Both the position numbers and the translations under genes were made by a program. 64,000 nt of DNA from Dehalococcoidia bacterium (GTDB lineage Bacteria > Chloroflexota > Dehalococcoidia > UBA2979). Position 1 is the first letter of the stretch. Every line of letters starts with the position of its first letter. This document shows positions 31,876 through 41,906 of this stretch, piece by piece. The notes under the pieces were generated by a model. It saw nothing but the letters and a program-made list of their open reading frames with translations. It made no database searches and was not told the origin of the DNA. The DNA lies in contig OZ253555.1 of assembly GCA_965262725.1 (NCBI GenBank), positions 2,912,001-2,976,000 on the forward strand. Reading direction: 5' to 3'.

Positions 31876-32904
31876 GTGCGGACGGTCGGCATCGCCACGG
31901 ATCCGCTCCTGTTGGAGCACGCGTCGGCGGGCCACCCGGAGCGCCCCGCCCGCCTCGCCGCGATCCTCCAGCAGATCGAGCGCCGCGGTCTCCGCGCCCG
32001 CATGCACGAGCTCGCGCCGCGCGACCCCGAGCCCGGGGAACTGCTCGCCGTGCACGCGCCCGTGGCCCTCGGGCTCCTCGACGCGCTCGCCTCCTCGGGC
32101 GGCGGCTGGCTCGATCCCGACACCTACGTCACGCCCCAATCGCCCGCCGCGGCTCGCCGCGCGGCCGGCGCTGTGCTCGCGGCGACGGCGGCCGTACTCG
32201 CCGGTGAGGTGCGCTCGGCCTTCTGCGCCGTCCGTCCCCCCGGCCATCACGCCACCCCCGAGCGATCGATGGGCTTCTGCCTGCTCAACAACGTCGCGAT
32301 CGCGGCGGCCCACGCCCTCGCGGCCGGCGTCGAGCGCGTCGCCGTCGTCGACTGGGACGTCCATCACGGCAACGGCACACAGCAGATCTTCGAGGCGGAG
32401 AGCCGCGTGCTCTACGCGAGTACGCACGCGGCTCCCTTCTACCCTGGAACGGGCTTCGCCCACGAAGCCGGCTCGGGCGACGCGCGCGGGACGACGCTGA
32501 ACCTGCCCCTCCCCGCCGGCACCGGCGATGTCGGCTTCGTCGCCTGCTATGAGCAGGTCGTGCTCCCCGCGCTGGAGCGCTTCCGGCCCGAGCTCGTGCT
32601 CGTTTCCTGCGGCTGGGACGCGCACGCTCGCGATCCGCTCGCCCCGCTCCGGGTGAGCACGGCTGGCTACACGCACGTCGCCCGCCTCGTCGTCGAGGGC
32701 GCGGAACGGTTCGCGGAGGGCCGCCTCGTCGTCGCGCTCGAGGGGGGCTACGACGAGCACGCCCTCGCGTGGTGCGCAAGCGCTCTCTGCGAGCTGTTGC
32801 TCGGCGAGGAGCCGACTCCGGACCCGAGACCGACGGCCCCCGGGCCGGAGCCGGACGTCTCGTCCGTCATCGCGACCGCGCGACGGGTCGCGGGGCTCGA
32901 CTGA
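31876..32904 (+). CDS. Histone deacetylase family protein
   Basis: HPERPARL, RPPGHHA, MGFCLLNN, DWDVHHGNGT, GWDAH..DPL, LEGGY. Confidence 0.95.
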   Translation: MRTVGIATDPLLLEHASAGHPERPARLAAILQQIERRGLRARMHELAPRDPEPGELLAVHAPVALGLLDALASSGGGWLDPDTYVTPQSPAAARRAAGAVLAATAAVLAGEVRSAFCAVRPPGHHATPERSMGFCLLNNVAIAAAHALAAGVERVAVVDWDVHHGNGTQQIFEAESRVLYASTHAAPFYPGTGFAHEAGSGDARGTTLNLPLPAGTGDVGFVACYEQVVLPALERFRPELVLVSCGWDAHARDPLAPLRVSTAGYTHVARLVVEGAERFAEGRLVVALEGGYDEHALAWCASALCELLLGEEPTPDPRPTAPGPEPDVSSVIATARRVAGLD

Positions 32905-32974
32905 GCCCCACCCGGGGCCCGGGCGCTGTGATAGCGTGCGCACCGCCCGGGATGTGCGGGAGGGGGTCTCACAG

Positions 32975-33817
32975 ATGACGACGACACGGCAGAGGGTGAA
33001 GCGCGGCTTCGTGGAGACGCCGCACGGCGACCTCGAGTACCGCGAGGCCGGCGAGGGACCGGCCCTTCTGATGATGCACGCGACGCCGGCCTCCTCGGCC
33101 ACCTTCGAGCCCCACTTTCCGCTGATACCGGGCAGGCGGCTCATAGCGATGACGACGCTCGGCTACGGCGAGTCCTCGCGCCCCCCCGAGCCCTACACGA
33201 GCGTCGAGCAGTACGCGCAGTCGGTCGCGTGGTTCCTCGATGGACTCGGGCTCGACCGCGTCGACCTCTTCGGCACGCACACCGGCGGCGTGATCGCCGT
33301 CGAGGTTGCCGCCGCGTTCCCCGAGCGCATCGGCTCCCTCGTGCTCGACGAGGTCGGGAACTACGCCAACCCGGCGGGGCTCGAGCTGCACAGCGGTATT
33401 CACCGCTACTACGAGGAGCGCCCGGACGGCTCGCACCTGCTCGAGATCTGGAAGCGGATGGGCGGCGACCGGCCCGGGGCGGATTTCGAACACGTGACCC
33501 AGCGACTGATCGACAACCTCCGCGTGAACTCGGTGGCGGGATGCGAGGAGGCCTACGGCCACATGGGCTGGGAGGGCGCCGGGCCCTACGCCATCTGCCG
33601 CTACGACACCGAGGAGAACGCGCCGCGCATCGAGGCGCCCACGCTCCTGGTCTACGGCGAGAGCAGCAAGCTGCGTCCGGTGGGCGAGGAGCTCGACCGG
33701 CGGATCCCGCGCTCACGCCTCGCGCTGCTCCCGAGCGACGGAATGTTCAGCATCGACCAGGGGCCGGAGCTCTGGGGCGCCGCGGTGTGCGACTTCCTGG
33801 GCGACCCCGGCGTCTAG
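32975..33817 (+). CDS. Alpha/beta fold protein with His at nucleophile position
   Basis: LMMHATP, LGYGES, GTHTGG elbow, PTLLVYG. Confidence 0.85.
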   Translation: MTTTRQRVKRGFVETPHGDLEYREAGEGPALLMMHATPASSATFEPHFPLIPGRRLIAMTTLGYGESSRPPEPYTSVEQYAQSVAWFLDGLGLDRVDLFGTHTGGVIAVEVAAAFPERIGSLVLDEVGNYANPAGLELHSGIHRYYEERPDGSHLLEIWKRMGGDRPGADFEHVTQRLIDNLRVNSVAGCEEAYGHMGWEGAGPYAICRYDTEENAPRIEAPTLLVYGESSKLRPVGEELDRRIPRSRLALLPSDGMFSIDQGPELWGAAVCDFLGDPGV

Positions 33818-33865
33818 GCGCCGCAGCGAGGAGCGGGCCGGGCCCGCGGGAGCGAGGAGGCGGAG

Positions 33866-34270
33866 ATGAGTTCGGGCGTGCGTATCGGCGGAGTCGTACA
33901 CGCCGTGGCGGATATGGACGACGCGATCGAGCAGTACAGCACGATCCTCGGCGTTGACCCGGAGTTCACCAGCGAGAACGAGGACACCGGGCTGCGCGTG
34001 GCGATGTTCCGCACCGGCCCGACCTTCGTGGAGATCTGGGCGCCCACGCGCGAGGGCCCCATCAAGAGCTGGGTCGATTCCCACAACGGCGGCGGTCTCT
34101 ACCTGCTCTCCTTCCACGTGAGCGACGTGCCGGCCACCGTCGAGCGGCTGCGCGGCGCCGGCGTCCGGATGATCGGCGACCCCGGACCCGGCAACCCCAT
34201 CGAGGGGATGGTCTACGTGCACCCCCGGGAGTTCTCGGGCGTGCTCGGCCTGCTCTACCCGCACGACTAG
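33866..34270 (+). CDS. VOC family protein (methylmalonyl-CoA epimerase-like)
   Basis: AVADMD.AI..Y...LG, VEIWAP, GGLY.LSF.V, YVHPRE..GVL. Confidence 0.82.
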   Translation: MSSGVRIGGVVHAVADMDDAIEQYSTILGVDPEFTSENEDTGLRVAMFRTGPTFVEIWAPTREGPIKSWVDSHNGGGLYLLSFHVSDVPATVERLRGAGVRMIGDPGPGNPIEGMVYVHPREFSGVLGLLYPHD

Positions 34271-34294
34271 CGCACGGCGGTCGGGGCTGCCGGG

Positions 34295-34684
34295 ATGCTG
34301 CTCGAGCTGCGGATCTACACGGCGAAGCCGGGGCGGCGCGCCGACTTCGTGCGGTGGTTCCACGCGCGGTCCATCCCGGCGATGGAGGCGGCGGGGATGC
34401 GCATCCTCGGCGAGCGTGCCGAGACGGGCACGCGGCGCTTCATCTGGCTGCGCTCCTTCGCCGACGAGGAGGAGCGCCGGCGGCAGTACGACGCCTTCTT
34501 CCTCGGTGCCGCGTGGCTGGGGGGGCTGCGCGAGGAGGCCTACGAGATGCTCGATCATGTCGACGTGCACACGATGCGGATCGACGGGCACGCCACGCCC
34601 GAGGCGTGGCGTGAGCTCGCCGCCGAGCTGATCCCGGAGCTGGTGCCCCCCGGCCGGACGGCGGAGAGCGGGGGGGGCGGCTAG
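34295..34684 (+). CDS. NIPSNAP family protein
   Basis: ELRIYT.KPG, GMRILG, FIWLRSF.DEEER. Confidence 0.8.
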   Translation: MLLELRIYTAKPGRRADFVRWFHARSIPAMEAAGMRILGERAETGTRRFIWLRSFADEEERRRQYDAFFLGAAWLGGLREEAYEMLDHVDVHTMRIDGHATPEAWRELAAELIPELVPPGRTAESGGGG

Positions 34685-34745
34685 ACAGAGCGGCCCGAGC
34701 GCGGAGGGAGCGGGCAGCCCCGGGGCGGGCCCCCGCGCAGAGGAG

Positions 34746-35558
34746 GTGTCCCCGGTGTTCTTCCACATCCTGCTCTGGAACCTCTACCAGGACGCCCGGC
34801 CCGAGGACGTCGCCGAGGGGATGCGCCGGATGCGGCGGGAGAACCCGGAGGACATGAAGCGCCTCACCTTCGGGCGACGCCTCGATGTCGCCCCGCCCGC
34901 GCCCGGCTCCTCGGGCGAGTTCACGCGACCCTCCGGCCCGGACGGTCCGCTGGAGCGTACCGGCGAGCCCTTCGACTACTTCTTCGCGATGGACTTCGAG
35001 GACGCCGAGGCGTACCGGCGCTACGTCACGTCGCCCTCGCACGACGATCCGGCCGCCACCCACCCCGAGCCCGGCTTCGCGTGGGAGAGCTGCGCGGCGC
35101 GGTGGTCCGAGTTCCTCTCCTCCGATCACCACCACGAGGAGGGGACCGCCTGGCGCCCGGCAAGCGTGCGCGGACCCGGCTCGCTCCTCCACATCGTGCT
35201 GTGGGACGTCCGGGAAGATGCCGCCGAGCTCCGCGTGGAGGAGATGTTCGCCGCCCTCGAGGAGCTGCCTCAGGCGATCCCGGAGGTGTTCTCCTTCTCC
35301 TTCGGCCGCAGCTTCCGCCCGACCTGGGGCGGCCACAGCATCGTCGACCGCTCACTGCTCGTCCCGCGCGGCAGCGGCCCGCTCCCCTACCGGCGTGTGG
35401 GCGACCAGCCCCGGTTCGGCCTGCTCGCGGAGTTCGCCGATCTCCAGGGGCTGCGCACCTACCTCGCACACCCGGCGCACACGGCCTTCGTGCAGCAGCA
35501 CGTCCAGCCGCTGTGGACGCGGCTGTCGCGACAGGAGATGGAGATCGAGGAGGGGTAG
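34746..35558 (+). CDS. Tandem Dabb (dimeric alpha/beta barrel) domain protein
   Basis: Two copies of HIxLW...FGR...F.D....Y...P.H. Confidence 0.75.
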   Translation: MSPVFFHILLWNLYQDARPEDVAEGMRRMRRENPEDMKRLTFGRRLDVAPPAPGSSGEFTRPSGPDGPLERTGEPFDYFFAMDFEDAEAYRRYVTSPSHDDPAATHPEPGFAWESCAARWSEFLSSDHHHEEGTAWRPASVRGPGSLLHIVLWDVREDAAELRVEEMFAALEELPQAIPEVFSFSFGRSFRPTWGGHSIVDRSLLVPRGSGPLPYRRVGDQPRFGLLAEFADLQGLRTYLAHPAHTAFVQQHVQPLWTRLSRQEMEIEEG

Positions 35559-35751
35559 GGCGCAAGCGCCGGCCCCGGGCGATCACCCCGCCGGCGGACA
35601 TCCGACGCCCGCGAGCCTCCTCGCTCCCGGCCGGGATGGGCAAACGGCACCAGCGGCGGCCCCGACCGCGGAACCAGGCCCCGGGCGCGGACGTCCTATC
35701 GGGTAGCAACCGGATGTCGCGGAGCGACGCGCGCACCCAGGAGGCGCCGGG

Positions 35752-36912
35752 ATGGGGAGCCCCCGAAGAATCGCGCTTCTCCTCGCCGCGGCAATCGCTA
35801 TCGCGCTGCCGGCGGCCGCGGCCTGTGGCGGCGAGCCCGCTCCTGCCGCCGGCACGATCGAGATCCCGTCCGGCCGGGAGCGCGACGCGTCGGTGCGGGG
35901 CACCGTGACCTACCGGGAGCGGATCCCGCTGACCGCGGGGGCGAGGCTCGTCGTCGAGCTCAGGGAGACCTCCTACGCCGACGCCCCGGCCCCCCTCATC
36001 GCCCGCCAGACCATCGCCGACCCCGGCCAGGTCCCGATCACGTTCCGGGTGGGATACAGCCGCGACGACATCGACCCGCGGGGGAGATACTCAATACAGG
36101 CCGACATCATCGAATCCGACGGCCGTCTCGCCTTCACCAACGACACCGCGTACGAGGTCGTGACCCGCGGCAATCCCGACAGCGTCGAGATGCTGCTCGT
36201 GCTGGTCAAGCCTCCGCCCGAGCTCCTCGGCGCCGCCGGCCCGGACTGGCGGAGCTGGGTCGGGGTCCCGGCCTTCGTCACGGGGGCGAACCTGATCCCG
36301 GGCGAGGCCGACCCCCTGCTTCGCATCTCCTACCACCAGTCCACGGTCGAGGGCTGCGCTCGCCCCGGGAACCAGAGCGTGAGGCTCGACGGCGACGACA
36401 TCGTCGCCCGCGTCACGCTGATGCAGCCTCCGCCGACCCCGTGGGCGATCGCCTGCGACGAGCAGGTCGTCGAGCTCGAGGCCGTGGAGCCCGTCCCGGG
36501 GACCCTCGAGCGCGGGCGGACGTATCGTGTGGTCGTGAACGACCGGGTGAGTACCACCTTCACGCTGCCCGCGCCCGGCCTCGGGCATACCGCCGTCGCC
36601 GAGTCACCGATCGAGAGCGCGGAGATCGAGGCCGGCGGTGGCGCGCCGACCGACTACCGGCTGCTGGTGGTCTCCGGCCTCCCGCGGGGCAGCAGCTGCT
36701 CGCAGGTCAACGGCTACGAGATCCGGCGGAGAACGCCGCACGACCTCGAGGTCGTGATCACGCACCACGAGGTCGCCGACCCGTCGGGCGTGTGCACCGC
36801 CGACTACCCCGTCGTCGAGACAACCGTCCCGCTCGGCTCCGAGTTCGAGCGTGGGGCGGAGTACACGGTGGAGGTCAACTCCGAGATCACCCGCTCCTTC
36901 ATCGCCCGCTAG
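35752..36912 (+). CDS. YbaY family lipoprotein with two additional Cys-containing beta domains
   Basis: Lipobox AAAC; VRGTVTYRERI.L, GQVPI.F, RYS; repeated C...C...Y.V.VN modules. Confidence 0.82.
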   Translation: MGSPRRIALLLAAAIAIALPAAAACGGEPAPAAGTIEIPSGRERDASVRGTVTYRERIPLTAGARLVVELRETSYADAPAPLIARQTIADPGQVPITFRVGYSRDDIDPRGRYSIQADIIESDGRLAFTNDTAYEVVTRGNPDSVEMLLVLVKPPPELLGAAGPDWRSWVGVPAFVTGANLIPGEADPLLRISYHQSTVEGCARPGNQSVRLDGDDIVARVTLMQPPPTPWAIACDEQVVELEAVEPVPGTLERGRTYRVVVNDRVSTTFTLPAPGLGHTAVAESPIESAEIEAGGGAPTDYRLLVVSGLPRGSSCSQVNGYEIRRRTPHDLEVVITHHEVADPSGVCTADYPVVETTVPLGSEFERGAEYTVEVNSEITRSFIAR

Positions 36913-37039
36913 GCCGGCCTCCCGCACGCCCCCGGCGGGAGATGGATCAGGGGGCCCCACGCGCGGCAGGCGGGAGCCGCCGGCCCGCCCGCGTGGCGTG
37001 GTCGCCGGCTCCCGCCTGCCTACCGTGTCAGGGCGCGCC

Positions 37040-38022
37040 CGTCTGGGCGCCCCCGTCAGGGCGCCCAGCGAGAGCGACTGCATCCGCTGCACTTCCTCGT
37101 CGGTCATGCACTCCCATGTCTTGAGGCCGTCGTCGGCGATCTCCGCGAGCTCGTCCGCGCTCATCGTCGAGGCATCGTAGGCGTGGGCATTGATGAGAGC
37201 GGTGTAATGCGGATGATCCCTGGCGAAGTCCGCGAGGCAGCTCGCGGTGCCCTCGGTCAAGGTCCCGCCGGTCGACACCGTGATGGCGACGAAGGCCTGG
37301 ACGTAGCCCTCCGGCGAGACGCACTCGGCCACCGTGTCGGAGACATCGAACGCCCCGTGGACGGTGGAGACGAGGATCGCCTGGTACTCCGCCTCTGTCG
37401 TGCCCCCGCGAATGCACGCGACGTCGGAGTCGGGGAGCGCGGCGATGAGGTCCCGCTCGGCGGACGTGATGCTGTCGATCACCTCCTGGAAATTGAGGAG
37501 GAAGCCGACCTTCTCCTGCGCCGACAGGCAGTTGTAGAGCTCAATGGTGTATGGATGCGCCGCGGCGGCCTGAGACGCCTCGCCCGACGTCATCCCCATG
37601 CTGAGGAGGACGGCTTCGGCGTGCTCCCTGCCGACGCCGATCATGCACGCGCGCGTGTCGGGCTCCCATCCGCCGGCCTGCGCCTCGATGAACGAGATGC
37701 CCATGACGACGATGCTGTCGATGGCGAGGCACCCGAACAGGGGTGCCGCGGACGCAGCATCGGTGCCCGCGCCCAGCAGCGGCGTCTGGAGCAGGAGCCC
37801 GAAGAAGACGTCGCCGAAGGTGCTCTTGAGGCACGCCCTCTCGTCCTCGGAGATCCGGTCGACGAGGGGGTGATCACGAGATCCTCGAGCGAGCCGGCCG
37901 ACACCGGCGCGGCGGTCGGCTCGGGCGTGGGCGTGGGCGTGGGGGTCGGCGTCGGGGTCGCAACCGCAGCCTGCGTCGCGGTCGGAGTGGGCTCGGGGTC
38001 ATCGCCCCCGAAACAGGCCGCG
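37040..38022 (-). pseudogene. Degraded Cys-rich lipoprotein gene (signal peptide lost, frameshift near 37860, stop unclear)
   Basis: AAC-FGGDD-(PT)n linker in one frame switches to RISEDERACLKSTFG... in another; the long frame runs into the opposite-strand ybaY-like gene; boundaries approximate. Confidence 0.65.
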
Positions 38023-38144
38023 GGACCGCGGGGCGGATTCTCGTCTCGGCCTGGCCGCCGGATTGTAGCGCGGGGTCCGGCGCGCAGGCGCCGCCGGGGC
38101 GGTCTGGACCACCGGCCGGGGCGTGCCGCGACGGTGAGCCGGAG

Positions 38145-39680
38145 CTAGCCCCGCCAGCGCATGCGCGCGAACGGGAGACGATTCTCCGGAAGCCAGCGGT
38201 AGCCATCGAGCTCGCGGTCGTGCGCCACGTAGTAGCGCTGTCCACAGAGCGGGATCATCACCGCGTCTGCGTTGTGCAGCCGCTGCACGCGCCGTACGGC
38301 GTCCTCCCACGGCGCGCCGTGGCCGGCCTCCGGGATCGCCCGCAGCGCCTTGAAGAAGTCCTCGTTGTCGTAGCGGAAGGGGAAGAGCCGCATCCGGCCC
38401 GGACCCCAGTCGTGGTAGTAGGCGTAGAGCGGCTCGGCGACCCGCTGCCCGCGCCCGTCCGCGGAGGCCCGTACCATGATCGGGGCCAGGTTTCCCTCGG
38501 TGCGCACGCGGCCCTGGCGGTCGCGGCCGCGCGGCTCGAGTTGGACGTCGGCCTCGATGCCGAGCCGGGCGAGCCGCTCCGCGAGCAGCTCCGCCACTGC
38601 CCGCAGCCCCTCGCCCGGGAGCGCGAGGATCGTCGTTGAGAAGCCGCCCGCCCCCTTCGAGGCGGCGAGCAGCGCCCGCGCCCGACCGATGTCCTCGGCG
38701 TAGGGCCACGAGGCCGGGTCGTAGCCGGGGCTCTCCGGCTTCACCCAGCTGTACCAGCGCTCGACGCCGCCGGCGTAGACCGACGCGAGCACGGCCCGAT
38801 ACGGCGTCGCGTGCGCGATCGCCTGCCGGACGAGCGGATCGTCCAGGGGCTCGGCACCGGGATCGAGGTGCAGGAAGACCCCGGCGGTGGAGGCGGCCGG
38901 CGTGATGCGCAGGCGCCGCTCCGAGCGCACCCTCGGCAGCATCGACCACGGCACGCCCGTCACCAGATCGATCTCACCCGCTAGCAGCGCCTCGGCCGCC
39001 TCCTCCGTCGACGCGTAGCGTCTGGCGACGACCTCGCCGATGGCGGGGGGGCCCTGGTGGTAGTGCGGGTTCGCCTCGATCTCCGTGACCCCCTCGCCGT
39101 CGGCCTGAACGAGCCGGTAGGGCCCGAAACCCGACGGGCGTGCCGCGAGCAGGGAGCTGGCCCACGGGTCCTCCGGGCTCTGCCCGTCGCGCGCGACCGC
39201 CGAGTCGTAGACGTTCGGGGTCCCCTGGGCCATGGTGCGCGGAAGGGCCGGGTTCGGCGCGCGCAGGTGGAAGGCGACCGTGCGCGGGTCGACCACCTCC
39301 ACGTCGGTCGCCTCCTGCACCGAGGAGATGCGCGCGACCCACTTCCCCACGTCGCGCATCCCGAAGGAGCGCTCCCAGCTCCAGCGCACGTCCTCGGCGG
39401 TGAGCTCGTTGCCGTCGGCGCTCAGCGCGCCGGCGCGCAGCCGGAAGGTGCACGTGCGCCCGTCCTCCGAGAACCACCACCCCTCGGCGAGCTGCGGCTC
39501 GAGATCGCGCCACGTGACCCGCCACACGCCGTCGTCGCCCAGGACGGGGCGCGGCCCGGTGAGCTGCTCGTAGATGGACGACGAGATGTCCGAGCCGACG
39601 CTGTCGCCGAAGGCCGCCGGCTGCTCCATGTCGAAGTTGGTCGGCGCCGACTCGACGCCCACGACCAGCGCTCGCGGCAC
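38145..39680 (-). CDS. Family-5 solute-binding-like protein without evident signal peptide
   Basis: LAEGW..SEDG..TFRLR, DG.ELTAEDV.WS, GFGPY, VRQAIA.A; GGGGAGG RBS before GTG 39680. Confidence 0.85.
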   Translation of the reverse strand: MPRALVVGVESAPTNFDMEQPAAFGDSVGSDISSSIYEQLTGPRPVLGDDGVWRVTWRDLEPQLAEGWWFSEDGRTCTFRLRAGALSADGNELTAEDVRWSWERSFGMRDVGKWVARISSVQEATDVEVVDPRTVAFHLRAPNPALPRTMAQGTPNVYDSAVARDGQSPEDPWASSLLAARPSGFGPYRLVQADGEGVTEIEANPHYHQGPPAIGEVVARRYASTEEAAEALLAGEIDLVTGVPWSMLPRVRSERRLRITPAASTAGVFLHLDPGAEPLDDPLVRQAIAHATPYRAVLASVYAGGVERWYSWVKPESPGYDPASWPYAEDIGRARALLAASKGAGGFSTTILALPGEGLRAVAELLAERLARLGIEADVQLEPRGRDRQGRVRTEGNLAPIMVRASADGRGQRVAEPLYAYYHDWGPGRMRLFPFRYDNEDFFKALRAIPEAGHGAPWEDAVRRVQRLHNADAVMIPLCGQRYYVAHDRELDGYRWLPENRLPFARMRWRG

Positions 39681-39796
39681 GCCTCCCCCTCTCCGCCGGC
39701 CGCCCCGCATCCGCGGGGCAGAGCGCCGCACGGGACGAAGGCGAGGATAGCAGCGCCCCTTGCGCCGCGGAGGCGGGGCGGGGGACGCGGCCAGCG

Positions 39797-40945
39797 CTAC
39801 CAGAGATCGGCGGAGGCGAGGCGGGCGCCCTCCACGAGCGCGCCGAGCTTCCGCCAGGCGATCTCACCGGACACCTGAACGCGCCCCGCGAAGGTGCCGA
39901 GCCCGCAGTCGGTGCCGGCCAGCACGCGCTCGCGTCCCACGACCTCTGCGAAGCGCAGGAGGCGATCGGCGACGACCCGCGGGTGCTCGATGATGTTGGT
40001 GGTGGTGTCGACGGCGCCGACGATCAGGAGCTTGTCCCCGAGGTCGCGCCCGCGCCACGCGCGCCACTCGTGCTCGTGGCGCCCGTTGGACGCGGGGAAG
40101 GCGAGCGCCTGCGGGCGCGCGGCCAGCACGAGATCCGCGATCTCCTCCATCGGCACGTCGCGGTGGTGGGGACCCTCGGTCGAGCCCCAGCATATGTGCA
40201 TCCGCATCCGCTCCGGCGCGATGTTCCGCGTCGCCTCGTTGAGCGCCTCCACGTGCTGGCGGGCGATGTCGCGGAAGTCGTCGAGCTCGCGCTCGGCGAA
40301 CTGCTGGTGGCGCCCCAGCGCGAGATCGGGGCAGTCGAGCTGCAGCAGGAAGCCGGCATCGACCACCGCCTCGTACTCGCGGCGCATCACGTCGGCGAGC
40401 GCGAAGACGTACTCCTCGTGGCTCGCGTAGTACTGGTTCTCGAGGAAGCGGGCGATCTGCCCGGGCGAGGCCGCGGTGAGGAAGACCTCCTCCGCGCCCG
40501 CCGCCTCGGCCGGCTGCCGCAGCGTCGCCAGGTCGCGCTCCACCGCGGCGAAGTCCCGCCACCCGACGGGGCCGGTGCAGGCCGGGCGGCGGCCGAAGGG
40601 CGAGCTCATCCGGCGCAGAACCTCCGCCCACTCCGGGAACTCCTCGACGTCCGGGTTGCGCAGGACGCCGCTCCGCCCGCCGAAGCCCTCGAGGCGCTCG
40701 GCGACGTAGACCGTGTAGTCCACGCGCCCCATCTCCCCGTCGTTGACCACGTCGATCCCGAGGTCGACCTGCCGCCTCACCGCGGCCGCGACGGCTGAGC
40801 GCACCGCCGCCTCGAAGGGCGCCCGGGCGGAGAGCTCGCCCCGCTCCTTCGCGACCATCAGGTCGAGCAGTGGCCCGGGCCTGGGCAGGCTCCCGGTGTG
40901 GGTGACCCGGATCCGATCCTCGCTCGAACGCACCTGAGCCCTCAC
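39797..40945 (-). CDS. Cobalamin-independent methionine synthase II family (MetE-like catalytic domain)
   Basis: THTGSLPRP, NDGE, LQLDCPD, HICWG, VEHP-like IEHP, AGTDCG. Confidence 0.9.
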   Translation of the reverse strand: MRAQVRSSEDRIRVTHTGSLPRPGPLLDLMVAKERGELSARAPFEAAVRSAVAAAVRRQVDLGIDVVNDGEMGRVDYTVYVAERLEGFGGRSGVLRNPDVEEFPEWAEVLRRMSSPFGRRPACTGPVGWRDFAAVERDLATLRQPAEAAGAEEVFLTAASPGQIARFLENQYYASHEEYVFALADVMRREYEAVVDAGFLLQLDCPDLALGRHQQFAERELDDFRDIARQHVEALNEATRNIAPERMRMHICWGSTEGPHHRDVPMEEIADLVLAARPQALAFPASNGRHEHEWRAWRGRDLGDKLLIVGAVDTTTNIIEHPRVVADRLLRFAEVVGRERVLAGTDCGLGTFAGRVQVSGEIAWRKLGALVEGARLASADLW

Positions 40946-41859
40946 TCCCCGGAGCGGGCGCCGCCCGCCGAATCGCTCCCGTAGCGCTCGTCGAGCGCGC
41001 GGTACTCGCCGAGACCCACGATCTCGTCTCGTTCGGCGAACGTCGCGAGGCGATGGTCGAGGGCGGCGGCGTTGCCGTCGCGACCGATCGCCTCGAGCGT
41101 CTCCTGCATCGCCCGGATCGCGGCGCGCTGCAGGTCGGAGGGGAGGATCGCGACGCGGTAGCCAAGCTCGGCCAGGCGCTCGCGGGGGAGGAGCGGCGTC
41201 TTTCCGCCGCGGAAGACGTTGATGAGCTTCGGCCCCGGCAGCCGCTCGGCGATGGCCTCGACCTGCGCCTCGCTCTCCGGCGCCTCCACGAAGAGAACGT
41301 CGGCGCCGGCCTCCCGGTAGGCCTCGGCGCGCGTGAGGGCGGCGTCCAGGCCCTCGACCGCGATGGCGTCGGTGCGGGCGATGATCACGAGGTCAGGGTC
41401 GCGCCTGGCCTCGAGCGCCGCGCGGAGCTTCCCCAGCATCTCATCGGTCGGCACCAGCCTCTTCCCCTCGTAGTGCCCGCAGCGCTTCGGCGACTCCTGG
41501 TCCTCCAGGTGCAGCGCCGCCACGCCGAGCCGCTCGAAGGCGCGCACGGTGCGGCGGACGTTCAGCGCGTTCCCGTAGCCGGTGTCGGCGTCGGCGATGA
41601 CGGGGATCCCGACCGCCTCGGTGATCTGGCCGAGCCTTCCGAGCACCTCGCCGACGCCCAGGAGCCCGAGATCCGGGTAGCCGGCCGACCGCGCGATCGC
41701 ACCCCCGGAGGCGTAGACGGCCTCGGCGCCCGAGCGCTCGGCGAGGCGGGCCGAGAGCCCGTCGAAGACGCCCGGGGCCACCAGCAGCTGCTCGCGCGCA
41801 AGCAGGCGGCGGAGGTGCGCGGCCGGCGGGCGCGGGGCGGGAACGGCGGGCTCGCTCAT
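40942..41859 (-). CDS. Isocitrate lyase/PEP mutase family (PrpB-like) C-C lyase
   Basis: GYPDLG, DADTGYG, LEDQ..PKRCGH, IARTDA, FVEA. Confidence 0.92.
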   Translation of the reverse strand: MSEPAVPAPRPPAAHLRRLLAREQLLVAPGVFDGLSARLAERSGAEAVYASGGAIARSAGYPDLGLLGVGEVLGRLGQITEAVGIPVIADADTGYGNALNVRRTVRAFERLGVAALHLEDQESPKRCGHYEGKRLVPTDEMLGKLRAALEARRDPDLVIIARTDAIAVEGLDAALTRAEAYREAGADVLFVEAPESEAQVEAIAERLPGPKLINVFRGGKTPLLPRERLAELGYRVAILPSDLQRAAIRAMQETLEAIGRDGNAAALDHRLATFAERDEIVGLGEYRALDERYGSDSAGGARSGE

Positions 41860-41906
41860 CGCCGCGATGCTAGCGGATCGCCCGCGGGGCGGGGCGCCAC
41901 CACGCC

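Noticed and set aside
37921-37960. GGGCGT hexamer repeats
   Set aside because: They encode an ordinary Pro-Thr lipoprotein linker.
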